NCBI RefSeq assembly: GCF_036321535.1
Contig: NC_087437.1
Span: 5,766,001-5,830,000 of the forward strand
Direction: 5' to 3'
DNA: 64,000 nucleotides
Source: Camelus dromedarius
Taxonomy: Eukaryota
Under the pieces are notes generated by a model that was not told where the DNA came from, made no database searches, and saw only the letters and a list, made by a program, of their open reading frames with translations. Below, piece after piece: positions 1 to 10,808 of this stretch. The position numbers were made by a program, and so were the translations under genes. Each line of letters begins with the position of its first letter. Within the stretch, counting starts at the first letter, position 1.

Positions 1-520
1 CTTTTATTTCTTTTTCTTCTCTGATTGCTATGGCTAAGACTTCTAGAACATTTTCATCTCCCCAAAAAGAAACACTGTACCTATTAGCAGTCATTCCTGG
101 TCCCTGGCAACTACACATTTACTTTGTCCTTTGAATTTGAAATCAACCGTTCCTATAAATGGAGTCATACAATATGCAGTCTTTTGCAACTGGCTTTTTT
201 CACTTAAGCAGAATGTTTTCAAGGTTCCTCCACGTGGTTGCATGTAGTGTCAGTACTTCGTGATTTTTATGGCTTGAGAAATACTCCATTGGATGCATAT
301 ACCATGCTTGTCCACTCAGAAGTTGATGGACATGTTGGGTCTTGCCACTTTTTGGCTATTCTGAATAATGCTGCTGTGAACATCTGTGTGCAGTTTTTTC
401 ATCTGGGCATTCATTTTCCTTTCTCGTTGGCTATATACCTAGACGTGGAATTGATGGGTCTTATGGTAACTCTTTGTTTAATTTTTTGAGGGACCGCCAA
501 ATGTTTTCTAAAGCCATTCC
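1..520 (-). mobile_element. Old L1 (L1M-type) fragments, 3' end
   Basis: ggagtcatacaatatgcagtc...ctggctttttcactt...gttttcaaggttc...aatgctgctgtgaacat resembles antisense L1MB/MC 3' sequence. Confidence 0.75.
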
Positions 521-807
521 ATCTGCTTTCTGGGTGGCTGTTTCAAGTTCACAAAACAAAGGATTTGGCCATATTGGCCCTCACTTCTATGAACTACATG
601 TTTCAAATGCTGACAATTTGCAGGGAGAGTGCATGAAAACAGAACTGTTTTCTTTTGATCCCTCTCTCCAGTACTTCTAAACATTACTGCTGTGCTCATC
701 AGAATTAAGTCTTTTATGGATTTTTCAGGATAGCTGGCATTTCTGCTCAAGGAACTTTGAATTGCTCACAAACAAACAATGCAAGGCCTGTTATTCATAA
801 AATCAAA

Positions 808-1050
808 TACTCTAGAATCAGACAGATGTGAGAGCTGGCTCTGCTTTTAGGGTCTTAGCAGTGTCACTTTGGGGAATAATTCCCTTTTTTGAACCTCATT
901 TTTCTCCTCTGTAAAATGGGATGGATAATAGTGTCTACTTCCAGGTGTGCCTGTAAGTCTCAGAGTGAGATTGCGTGTGAAAAACACTTGCCTGACACAT
1001 CCCCAGTGCTCGATAAATGTTAGCCTTGGTTAACCTTATTATTACTATTA
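808..1050 (+). mobile_element. MIR SINE
   Basis: Core cctcatttttctcctctgtaaaatggggatggataatagt and tail gtgctcgataaatgttagc...ttatt. Confidence 0.85.
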
Positions 1051-1849
1051 TATTCTTTAGCTGCAAAGATTTCCTCTGGAAGAATAATTAAATAATATTT
1101 AAATTATGCTCTGAAGCTGCTTGAAGAGGAATCTTATTTTACTATCATGATCAGATTTTCATTCTAGCAAATAAAATAATTTATAATCAGAACCTTTTGA
1201 TGGTGAGGGAAGAAAGGGAGTGGGGAACAGATGAACAAAATCCATTTAAAATTGCTTTTTGGTAGCTGTTATTCATTTTATCCTTTGCTCTATATATAAA
1301 ATTAAAGCAATTTGTTTTTCTTTTCCTTCTTTCCTGAAGCAAATGAAATCTAGACACAGAGAAAATTTTTTTTAAGCTGAAATGAAACGATAAAGTCATC
1401 GTCCCTTTCAGCACCAATTAAGAATTGGATAAATCTTCGCAGAATGTTTGCAAAACATTTGATTGCACAATAGCCTATCAGCTGTCATAATTCCCTTTAA
1501 TTTTGCCTTATTTGTTGGAGTCAGTAACTAAAGTGAATTTTTTTCCAGTTATTTCCCCATAACATAATGCTACTAGAATAACACAAAGAAAATGTTGACA
1601 AAACTCAATAATTAAAAATAAACCTATGAGATAAACACTTGAAGACGAAAATGAAAATGGCCCAGAATGGTCAGTGAACACTCTGATCAAACCTGACTTG
1701 GTTTTAAAGGAATCCATCTTTGCTTGGTCTCTGTTCTGAACGGGACATCCCATTTTCTCCATCTGAAGCATCTTGGTACGGTTTTGTGGCTCGTGGCCTT
1801 GGCAGCTTTAGAGCCAGAGGGACCCTGGATAATGAAGATCAGTCTAGTC

Positions 1850-2061
1850 TAGGGGTTCTCAGCCCAGGCGCCAGTCACAGTTAGGGCTGAGAGTTCTTTG
1901 TGTGGGAGCTTCCTGTGCATCGCAGGGTGTGGAACAGCATCCCTGGTCTCTACCCTCTGGATGTCAGAAGCACCTCCCCCCCACCTTGTGACAACTAAAA
2001 TGCCCCCAGACTTTCCCAGGTGTCCTCTGGGGGCAACATTGCCCCCCACTGAGAATCGCTG
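1850..2061 (-). mobile_element. MER20 (hAT-Charlie MITE), near full length with TSD
   Basis: TIR-like ends taggggttctca...gagaatcgctg; internal cagcatccctggtctctaccctctggatgtcag; 8-bp TSD GTCTAGTC (1842-1849) / GTCTAGTG (2062-2069). Confidence 0.88.
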
Positions 2062-2382
2062 GTCTAGTGTTTGCCAAAGCGTGTTCCCTGCTAAGCACCA
2101 CTCACCCTGGAGGGTCTGAGATACTCCAGAAAGAGGAGAGTCTGTGGGAGATGCTTATTTAAACAGCAGCGCGTGGCTGTCAGAGCTGTGCTGGGCTGTC
2201 TGCGGTGAACTGGAGGAGGACGGGCAGCTTGTCTCCACTGACTTGACTGCAGACCCTTCAAAGGGCAGCCTGCAGGATGAGCACGCCTTGGTTCCTCTGA
2301 TGCATCTCTGCCACTTTCCAGGGGAGGACACTGAGGTCCAGGGAGGTTACTTGACTGGCTAAAGACTCCATGGCTCCACGTT

Positions 2383-3700
2383 AATTAATTCTGTGATCAC
2401 TGAGTGACCCTTACTGTGTGGCAGCCCCAGGCTTAGGCATAGTACTTGGGACAGGTGACTACAAGACAGGGTGGTCAGGGCTGGGCAGGCCTGGGGAGAG
2501 CACCGGCTAGAGCACCTAATTCAAACGTGGTGCCGGAGCTGGGGTCCCTGTGGACATGTTGACCCTGAGGCCTCTGAGGAGGTGACAGTAGACCAGTTGG
2601 AGGGACCAGTCTGTAGCCTGGCTGGAGAGACGGATTGTGGTTCCTGTGCATAGTAACTGGGGCCGGGACCTGGATAGAGCAGCCCTGGGAGGAGCCAAGG
2701 ACAGAAGCTAGGGGACGTCAGTGTTTAAGGGGAAGACAAAGAGCAGCCCAAGCGGAGACCAGGAAGGAGGGAGGAGAAAGCATGGAGACAGGCGGTTTGT
2801 AAACCCTACTTCATCAACTGGTGGTGAAGACTTGTAAAGTGCACACGGTAGGGAGTGTCATACGTGGCATATGGGCATACCTCCAGGGAAGACTAATTCG
2901 GAAAGACACTTGCACTCCAGCGTTCACAGCAGCACTATTTACAATAGCCAAGACATGGAAACAACCTCAGTGTCTGTCAACAGATGACTGGATAAAGGGG
3001 TTGTGGTATATTTATACAGTGGAATACTACTCAGCCCTAAAAAATGCCACTTGCAGCAACATGGATGGACCTAGAGATTATCGCATTAAGTGAAGTAAGT
3101 AATTCAAAGACAAACACTATATGACATCACTTCTGTGTGGAATCTAAAAATTAGTACATATGAACTTATTTACAAAACAGAAAGAGACGCACAGACATAG
3201 AAAACAAACTTGTGGTTACCAGTGGAGGAAGGGGATGGGAAGGGATAAACTGGGAGTTTGGGATTTGCAGATACACATTACTATGTATAAAATAGATAAC
3301 ACAACTAGGTCCTACTGAATAGCACAAGGAATTACATTCAATACCTTGTAATAACTTATAATGGAAAAGAATATATATATATTATATATATATGTATAAC
3401 TGAATCACTTTGCTGTACAGCTGAAGCTAACACAATATTGTAAACCAACTATACTTCAATTAAAAATTTTTTTTAAAAGGAGTGCTCGGGAAACAGTGGT
3501 AGCATCATTGTTATTAAATAAGACAAGGACTCAGAAACAGCCACTGCATTCAGTGTCCTGGAGGTTGTGGGTGACCTTGGCAAACATCCATTCCAAGGAG
3601 TGACAGTTTGAGGAGTGAGTAGGAGGTGGAAAAGTGGAGGCTGGAGCTGAGACATTTTCTCAAGGTTCGTTGTGAATGGTTTGGGGGAGGATTGTAGCTG
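2383..3700 (-). mobile_element. Degraded L2 fragments interrupted by a younger L1
   Basis: L2-like cactgagtgacccttactgtgtggcag...acaagacagg and ggaggttgtgggtgaccttggcaa...ggagtgagtaggaggtgg on either side of the L1. Confidence 0.5.
2871..3478 (+). mobile_element. 5'-truncated artiodactyl-type L1 (ORF2 C-terminus + 3'UTR)
   Basis: ORF 2821-3093 contains KDTCTPAFTAALFTIAKTWKQPQCLSTDDWIK...YTVEYYSA; 3'UTR ends tgtaaaccaactatacttcaattaaaaa. Confidence 0.93.
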
Positions 3701-4060
3701 GAGAGAGCTTGAGGACAGGTTTAAAGGAAAAAGAAGAAAGGGAGAAGGGAGAGGCCTGAGCACATTTCAGTGCTGAGGGTAAGAGACCCAGAGGCCAAGG
3801 GGTGGGGCCAGGACCCAGGACCGGGAGAGACCTGCCCTTTGCCAGGACTCGCCCCAGGGCATCTAGGTGGAGCTGGGCTCGGGACTTGTAGGTTCCTGAA
3901 AATCAGGGTTGACTCTGCCGCAGAGATAACATGTTTCCAAATCCAGAAAAGTCCCCTGAGGAGACAGGCAAGGATTCGGGGCAGTGTGGCAAAGTCACCC
4001 AGCACTCTGGGAGTCGCTTTGAGTCCTTCTTAAGTTTAGAAAAGAGCCTGGCACAGGGTA

Positions 4061-4160
4061 GGGGTAGAGTATAGCTCAGTGGTAGAGCGCCTGCCTAGCA
4101 TGCACGAGGTCCTGGGTTCAGTCCCCAGTTCCTCCACTACAAATAAATAAATGATAAAAA
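4061..4160 (+). mobile_element. tRNA-Ala-derived SINE (vic-1-like)
   Basis: A box tagctcagtggtaga, tagcatgcacgaggtcctgggttcagtcccc B-box region, A-rich tail aaataaataaa. Confidence 0.88.
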
Positions 4161-5314
4161 GCCTCCCCAGCCTCTCAGCCTATTCAACTGCGGCCGTGGG
4201 CTTCAGTCCGCCTGAGTACTCCGTGCGCAGATACATCTGCCAACACTTCTCCTGCTCTGGGGGCCATGGATGTGGTGTGTTCTTCCTTCTCCCCCGTCTC
4301 TGGCCAGTCTCCAGTCCTCCAGGAAGCTTTCCCACCATCCCCGAATCTGGGAGGACTGGGCCTTCCCGAAACTTAAAGAAGGCTCCACGCTGGCATCCAG
4401 GATCCAGCCTCTCCAAGGAAGGCTCTCAGGGACTCTCAGGTAGACGAGGCCTCTCCTTACAGGTGGAGATGTGTTCTGGGAGGGGGCTTGGCCAAGGTCG
4501 CCGCAGAGTCAGAGTCACGTCACCCTTAGTGTAGGTCATATCCTCCCAGCCAGAATGTGGCCGGTGTGTCTTCCATCTCAGAACCCGGAGCAGTGCTCTT
4601 CCGAGGGAAAAGCCCCACGTTTCTTCCCTCTTCCTTTAATCTCAAAAGTATTTAGAGTAGTTGAGAGTATGCCTTGGTTATTTCTCCATTTAGCTGGAGG
4701 AGGCAACCTCATGGGTTCCTATTTCCATCCCCTCATTTGAAGACAGGCCAGATTCCCAAGGGGACAGGAGGGCGCCCGCACGCGGGGCAGCGCTGCAGGT
4801 GCCCAGGTGCTGGTGGCTGGCAGGAGACGCTGGCCCCGCCTCTGCGGGGCAGAGCAGTGCTGGGAGCGGCCGTGTTCCAAAGGCTCCTCATTGTTATGTA
4901 TTCTCTCTGGGCATCAGTGGTCCTGCACAAGTCTGGAGAGGACCTTGGCTGATCATACCTCTGTTTTGATCAGAGCTGCTATAAATAAGAGAGCCAGAGT
5001 GACTGTTTTCTTTAACTCCAAGGGCTTTCCTCGCAAGTCAGTGTTTGCCCTTTTGACCCAGCCTTCTGCAGCCTCTGTTCATTTCTAAGAAATTGAACCA
5101 AGAATAATAAACAAGGGATGCTTCCATCAACATCCCGAGGGACAAGTCTCAGATCTGGCAACCCCATCATCCCCCTCACCTCGCGTCCCTGAATTTCTTA
5201 AGCCTCATGGAACTCTCTTCCAGGCCCCGGAAGGTCAGCATGTCCCAGGTGCCGCTCCTGATTTTCCCCTTTGGTCTGCTTCCCCTCCAAGAGTTCCTGT
5301 GTCATTAACGGCAT

Positions 5315-5367
<53 letters not shown>
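5315..5367. repeat. (TTG)17 microsatellite
   Basis: Perfect trinucleotide run; source of the poly-N in ORF 5305-5532. Confidence 0.98.
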
Positions 5368-5954
5368 ATGGCCCAAGCAAGAAACCTTGGAAGCACCTTC
5401 GTCTCCTTCTTCACTGACCTCCAGTGTACATCTGATTACCCCATGTTCTGAGATGTATATTCTGGTCAAGTCACTGTAATTTTTTTCTCTATAAATGTGG
5501 TGATAGGGTGGGTAGGGCCCATATCTTGGCATGAATGCTTCTGCTCAGATCCAAATTCTCTTCCTCCCAGTCCGGGACTCAGCTTGTACTGAGGTCTGTG
5601 TCTGGGACGTATGTCAGCCCAGAAGCTGACCATGGCTCGATTTAATTGACTTGAGTTTAGAAAAAGATATATGAGGTAGGAGAGGAACCCTTAAATGATG
5701 CTTATTATTTCTCGTTTAATCTCTTTCTACTCTTTTTTTCCCTCTTCCCTCCCCATCTGCTTCTCTTCCTTAGAAAAAAAGCGCATAAAAGTTCTGTTCC
5801 TATAAAAACAGTTTAAATAACAGACTTTCGATATCAGCAGATAGAATCACCTGGTTGCCAAATGAGTGTTGGCTGTCAAAATTTAATTAAGCTGAATTAA
5901 TTGTGTGTTGATGTTAGAGACTAGAAAAGAAGACCTCATAAATAGTATTCACAG

Positions 5955-6200
5955 AGGAAAGTGCTGGTCTCGGAATCTGACGGCCCAGGTTCCAGTCCTG
6001 TTGCTGCCACTTACGACCTGAGTGACCCCGGCAAGTCTCCAGTGTCTCACAGGGTCCGTTTCCTCCCTTGCAAAATGAGAATAATAATAACACCTACCCG
6101 AAAAAGTTATTTCAGGGATTCAGGGAGATACTGGATATGAAAGCACTTTGCATAGAGTAAGTCCTAGAGTAAGTTCTGACATAGAACAAACGCTCACTTC
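5955..6200 (+). mobile_element. MIR SINE
   Basis: gctgccacttac...gtgaccccggcaagt...gtttcctcccttgcaaaatgagaataataataacacctacc core. Confidence 0.85.
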
Positions 6201-6216
6201 ACTTTTAGTTGAATCT

Positions 6217-6346
6217 GGGGGGAAAGTATGGCTCAGTGGTAGAGCGTGTGCCTAGCATGCACAAGGTCCTGGGTTCAATCCCCAGTACTTCCATTAAAAT
6301 AAATAAATAAAAGCCTAATTACCTCCCCCCAAAAAGAATAAAAAAA
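6217..6346 (+). mobile_element. tRNA-Ala-derived SINE (vic-1-like) with perfect TSD
   Basis: A/B boxes, tail aaataaa-cctaattacctcccccc-An; TSD TTTTAGTTGAATCT at 6203-6216 and 6347-6360. Confidence 0.93.
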
Positions 6347-7050
6347 TTTTAGTTGAATCTGAGTTTATATATATCTATAGGCCTGGATTTGATCATCATC
6401 CTACTAGTTAGTTCATGTGGTGTCCACTGTATGTACCTGTGACGTCTCAAGGGCCAAGTTTTCAGGACCGGTGCCCACCTGGAGTCTCGCTGTCTCTGGC
6501 CGCTGCCCCAGGCGTGTGTGCCGTGGAGGGTGGAGTGTGAGTGACAGGAGCGTTGCTGGCGGACGTTGTGGACCTGGAAGGGCTCGGCGTGTGTGTAAGG
6601 ACGGAGTGGCGGGCTTGCAGAGGCATTTGTGTCCTCTGAGAAGGCAAAGCCATGAGAAAGGTGACCTGAGAAACCTGCAAGCCAGGTGACCCACAGTTAA
6701 GCCCCTCATTCCCACGCGGTGGGGTTGGGGCGAGGCACGTGGACAGGGTGTGCCGAGGTCGTGGGCGCGGAGGCTCCCCCAGGTGGCGCCTGCGGCCCTG
6801 GCCCTGAGGATGCGCTGCAGGAGGGTAGGTCAGGAGAGGGAGCTGCGCACACAGAGACCCGCTTGGCCCGCTGCGGGAACTTCAGAGTGTCCTGGGGGCG
6901 GGGAGGGGACGCTGGCTGGGTGACCAGAGGTCAGGAGAGCCACGGCTCTCGACCAGGGGTCAGGAGTTTGGACTTAAGGCTGCGGAAGGCCCTTGAAGCT
7001 TTTGCCAAGGGTGTGAAGTTACTCGATTTGTCTTCTTAAAATCTGATTCT

Positions 7051-7336
7051 CACAGGCGTAGAAAACAAACTATGATTACCAAAGCGGAAAGGGGCAGGGG
7101 TTGGGGGAGGGATAAATTAGGAGTTTGGGATTAGCAGATACAAACTACTGTATATAGAAAAGATGAATAACAAGGTCCTACTGTGCAGCACAGGGAACTG
7201 TATTCATTATTTTGTAATAGCCTGTAATGGAAAAGAATGTGAAAAAGAACATTATGTATGTATAACTCAATCACTTTGCTGTACACCTGAAACTAGCACA
7301 ACATTGGAAATCACCTATACATCAATTTAAAAAAAA
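7051..7336 (+). mobile_element. Artiodactyl-type L1 3'UTR inserted into an L2-like remnant
   Basis: agaaaacaaactatgattacc...gcacagggaactgtattc...ctttgctgtacacctgaaac; TSD aaaatctgattct (7038-7050) / aaaatctcattct (7333-7345). Confidence 0.92.
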
Positions 7337-7645
7337 TCTCATTCTGATGGCAGGTGGAGGGAGGAAGACCTGCAAAGGGACAGGATGCTGTGTAGGGAGC
7401 TGTTGCGGGCCCCTGAGTGAAGAGATGGGGGCTGAACGAGGTGATGGGAGAGGCAGACGCTGGGCACCCTCAGGTGGTGGAACTAGTGGCAGTCAGTCAC
7501 TGCGGGAGGTGGGCACGAGGCCCAGACACGCAGGCCCCTGGTTGTTCACTTAAAACGATAAACAGTGCATTTAATATGTGCATCTTTATGAACATCTCAT
7601 ATCATTTCTTTTGGATAAACCCTGGAAATGGAATCAAAGGGAACA

Positions 7646-7940
7646 TTTTTTTTTTAATTGAAGTACAGTCAGTTGCAATGTGTCAATTTCTGGTGTACAG
7701 CACAATGTCCCAGTCACGCAGATACATACATATATTTGTTTTCATATTTTTTCCATTAAAGGTTATTACAAGATGTTGAACATAGTTCCCTGTGCTATAT
7801 ACAGAAGAAACTTAAAAAAAAATCTATTTTTATGTATAGTGGCTAACATTTGCAAAAATCTCAAACTCCCAGACGTACCCCTTCCCACCCCCTTTCCTTG
7901 GCACTAAGATCGTTTACTATGTCTGTGAGTCTGTTGCTGT
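7646..7940 (-). mobile_element. Artiodactyl-type L1 3'UTR
   Basis: Poly-T then attgaagtacagtcagttgcaatgtgtcaatttctggtgtacagc...atagttccctgtgctata; flanked by older L1M remnants (about 7540-8560). Confidence 0.92.
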
Positions 7941-9830
7941 AGGTGAGCAAACTCATAAAGGCTTTACCTATTTGCAGGTCCACGAGCAGCGAGGAAGGCC
8001 CTGTCTCCTCGCAGCTTCAGCCTCGCTGCATGTCACCATCACTATCCACCAACACTCATTTAATAGGCAGAAAATGCATATCTTTGTTTTAATTTGTGTT
8101 TTTGTGAGCACTGGGGAGATTGAAGTTTTTTCATGTTTATTTTTCCATGAATTACATGTTCATGTTTTTTGCTTATTTTTTTCCTCAGCCGTTTGTCTTT
8201 TTGATTTCCAAGGGCTTTATAAATATTTAGTCTTCTATCTTTGTTGCTGGGTGTCCCTGATTGTTGTAGCATTTCACTAGTTGGTTATGGCGCTTACTGT
8301 TGTTTATGTTGCTTTTGTTGATCAGGAAGATTTTTCTAAAATGTAACAAAATGTTTTGTTCATGCTTTCTGTCTTCAGTTTAGTGTCGAAAGAGTCCTTC
8401 CTCAATCCTGGGTTACATAAGGATGGGAATTTGTACAAATATTCACATTTATTTTCATTTTCTACCTTTAAATCTTTAATTAACCAGGATTTTTCTGGTG
8501 TTTGTCATAGGAATCTACCTTTTGAGTTCCCCATAGTTTAAAAAAAGGGTAAAAACAAATCTTTTTTTCCTGAAACCAAAAATCAGGATACATACGTCAT
8601 CTAAAAGAATTTTTATGAAAAAAAATTTAAATAAAAGAATTTTTATGTAATTTGCATGGGAGGCAGTTTCAGACATTAGATGTAGTGATATTTAAATTTC
8701 TGAGACATTTGGTATCTTAGGCAGTCAACAGAAAAGAATGTTTGCGATCAGGAGTGCATGGGAAAGTTCAGGTTATAAAAGACTGCTCATGGTTTATGTG
8801 GTTGTAACCTGCATTTCACTTAAAGTTCAAAGTTCCTTCCTCTTTGAAACATTAATGCAAACATCGAAATGGCTTTTCGGGTGGAAGGTGGCTGTAATCT
8901 TCACACGGTCATAGGTTCCTTTCTACAGGGACCGCCCAGGACAACCCCTTCTCTTGACCGCAGTAGAGGGTCTCAGAACAGGACCAGAGATGGTGGAATC
9001 CTGACCCACCATCCTGAAGCAAAGCCCCCACGTGACTCAGGAAACACAATGCCACAGCCCCTGGCGTTAGTCATTTGGGCAGCAAGATAAACATTTCCCG
9101 AACTTTCAGCAAGAGATGCCTCATGGAAGTCTGCAATTTCTTACATATTTTATTTTTTCATTCTGGAGCCTGATTGGTGTTCTAGAAAGCACTGTCCTGA
9201 TTGGCCTGTTCAGGAGAAATCGAGAAATGAGTCTGGTGCCGGGACTGCGTGTGCGCCCGTCTCCTGGGGCTGGGGTGCCCGCACCAGCCTGTCCCACCCG
9301 CTCCCCGAAGCCGGGCTTCTCAGTAAATGCCGTTGCAGGAGACTGAGCTGGGGTTCTGTGCCTTCCAGGCCACCCAGAGTGCCATGTGATTCTGTTTGAT
9401 AAAGTCTGTGGTTTGTCTGTTCTCTATGTTCTTGCCAACTTGTTTTTCAAAAAAGAAAGAAAAGCAAGCAAGCAAGCTGTGTTCAGTGCTCATCATTTGA
9501 CATAAATTTAGGGAAAATGTTAAGTGTAACTGCATCCCTGAAAGAACAAAAGATTATTTCCCTGGGGAAATTTTTTTTGGGTGAGGGGAGGATTAGGTCT
9601 TTTTTTTTAAAGGCTGCATATGTTAGCTAGGAAAATGAATACATGATTTTGTAAAAACGTTTATTTCAGCAGGCTTAGCAATATGGTTTCAAAATCAAGG
9701 CTGTCTTTGACTACCCTTGGCGTGGGCCTCGGGAGGATGAGTGTTAGAAGTCGTCCTTCTGTTTATTCGGGCCCAGTTCTCCGCGTTGTGTTGTCCGGGT
9801 GAAGGTATTAACCCTTCAGTCTTTATAGTC

Positions 9831-10047
9831 CAGGGTTTCCAGACTCAGCACTGCTGACATTTTGGGCTGGAGGATTCTTCACTGTGAGGGGCTAGCCTTT
9901 GTGTCATAGGATGTTTAGCGACATCCGTGATCTTTCCTCTAGATGCCAGTAGCACCCCGCCCCCCCTGGCCATGACAGTGAAACAGTGTCATCCCAGACA
10001 CTGCAGAGTGTCCCCTCAGGGGCACGTAATCCCTGCTACAGTCACTG
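9831..10047 (-). mobile_element. MER20 (hAT-Charlie MITE)
   Basis: cagggtttcc...cagcactgctgacattttgggctgg...ggatgtttagc...ctagatgccagtagcaccc...cactg. Confidence 0.85.
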
Positions 10048-10660
10048 TGGAGCAGGTGAGCTTGGCCAGACCTTAAATTTGACTTTTCTGTGGTCTCCTT
10101 TCAAGGCAGATGGGGTGGTTGTCTTCGGGGCAGACTGGCTTCCGGAAGGCACCTTTCCATCAACTCCAGTGGAAATACAATTACATTTCATAATACTGAA
10201 AGTTACATTGCAGTTGGAATCACTGACCTGAGGCCTGAGGGTCAGCTTGAGAAGCTGGGAGGTTACTGTCTCGAGAGACTTACCTGTTGTGGGCCTCAGT
10301 CGACTCCAGTCGAAGGCAGGAGTCACACGGCACTTCTAGGCTGAGTCACTTACGGTCGTTACACTTAGTTACTTGCTGTGCTGATGGCATAAATCAAAGA
10401 ACAGGGTTCTTCTTTCCTAAAATACCTGCTTGCCCTTCCAGGCTGCACAAGATTTGCAGGTTGTGGCCGTCTGTGGACAGTTGACCTATTCAGATGAAAC
10501 ACCTCCCCAGCTGGGGAAAATCTGGAAAATTAATCAAAGCTTGTAACAAAGCTCTTCCATGACTACGTGTGTAATGACTATGAGTCACACACCCGGCCAG
10601 AAATTAGGGGCCTGTGTTTTCCTCACATATGGTTCAGTTTCCCTCTCACTGTTGCTGAAT

Positions 10661-10808
10661 TTTTTTAAATTTAAAATTTTTATTTAGTCTTTATTTTGGG
10701 GGGGTAATTAGGTATTTATTTATTTGTTTATATGAGGGTACTGGGGATTGAACTCAGGACCTCGTTCATGCTAAGCACGTGCTCTACCACTGAGCTACAC
10801 CCTCCCCA
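10661..10808 (-). mobile_element. tRNA-Ala-derived SINE (vic-1-like)
   Basis: Reverse complement gtactggggattgaactcaggacctcgttcatgctaagcacgtgctctaccactgagctacaccctcccc; flanking repeat tgttgctg at 10650-10657 and 10812-10819. Confidence 0.92.

Noticed and set aside
5305..5532. Poly-asparagine ORF
   Set aside because: Artefact of the (TTG)n microsatellite.
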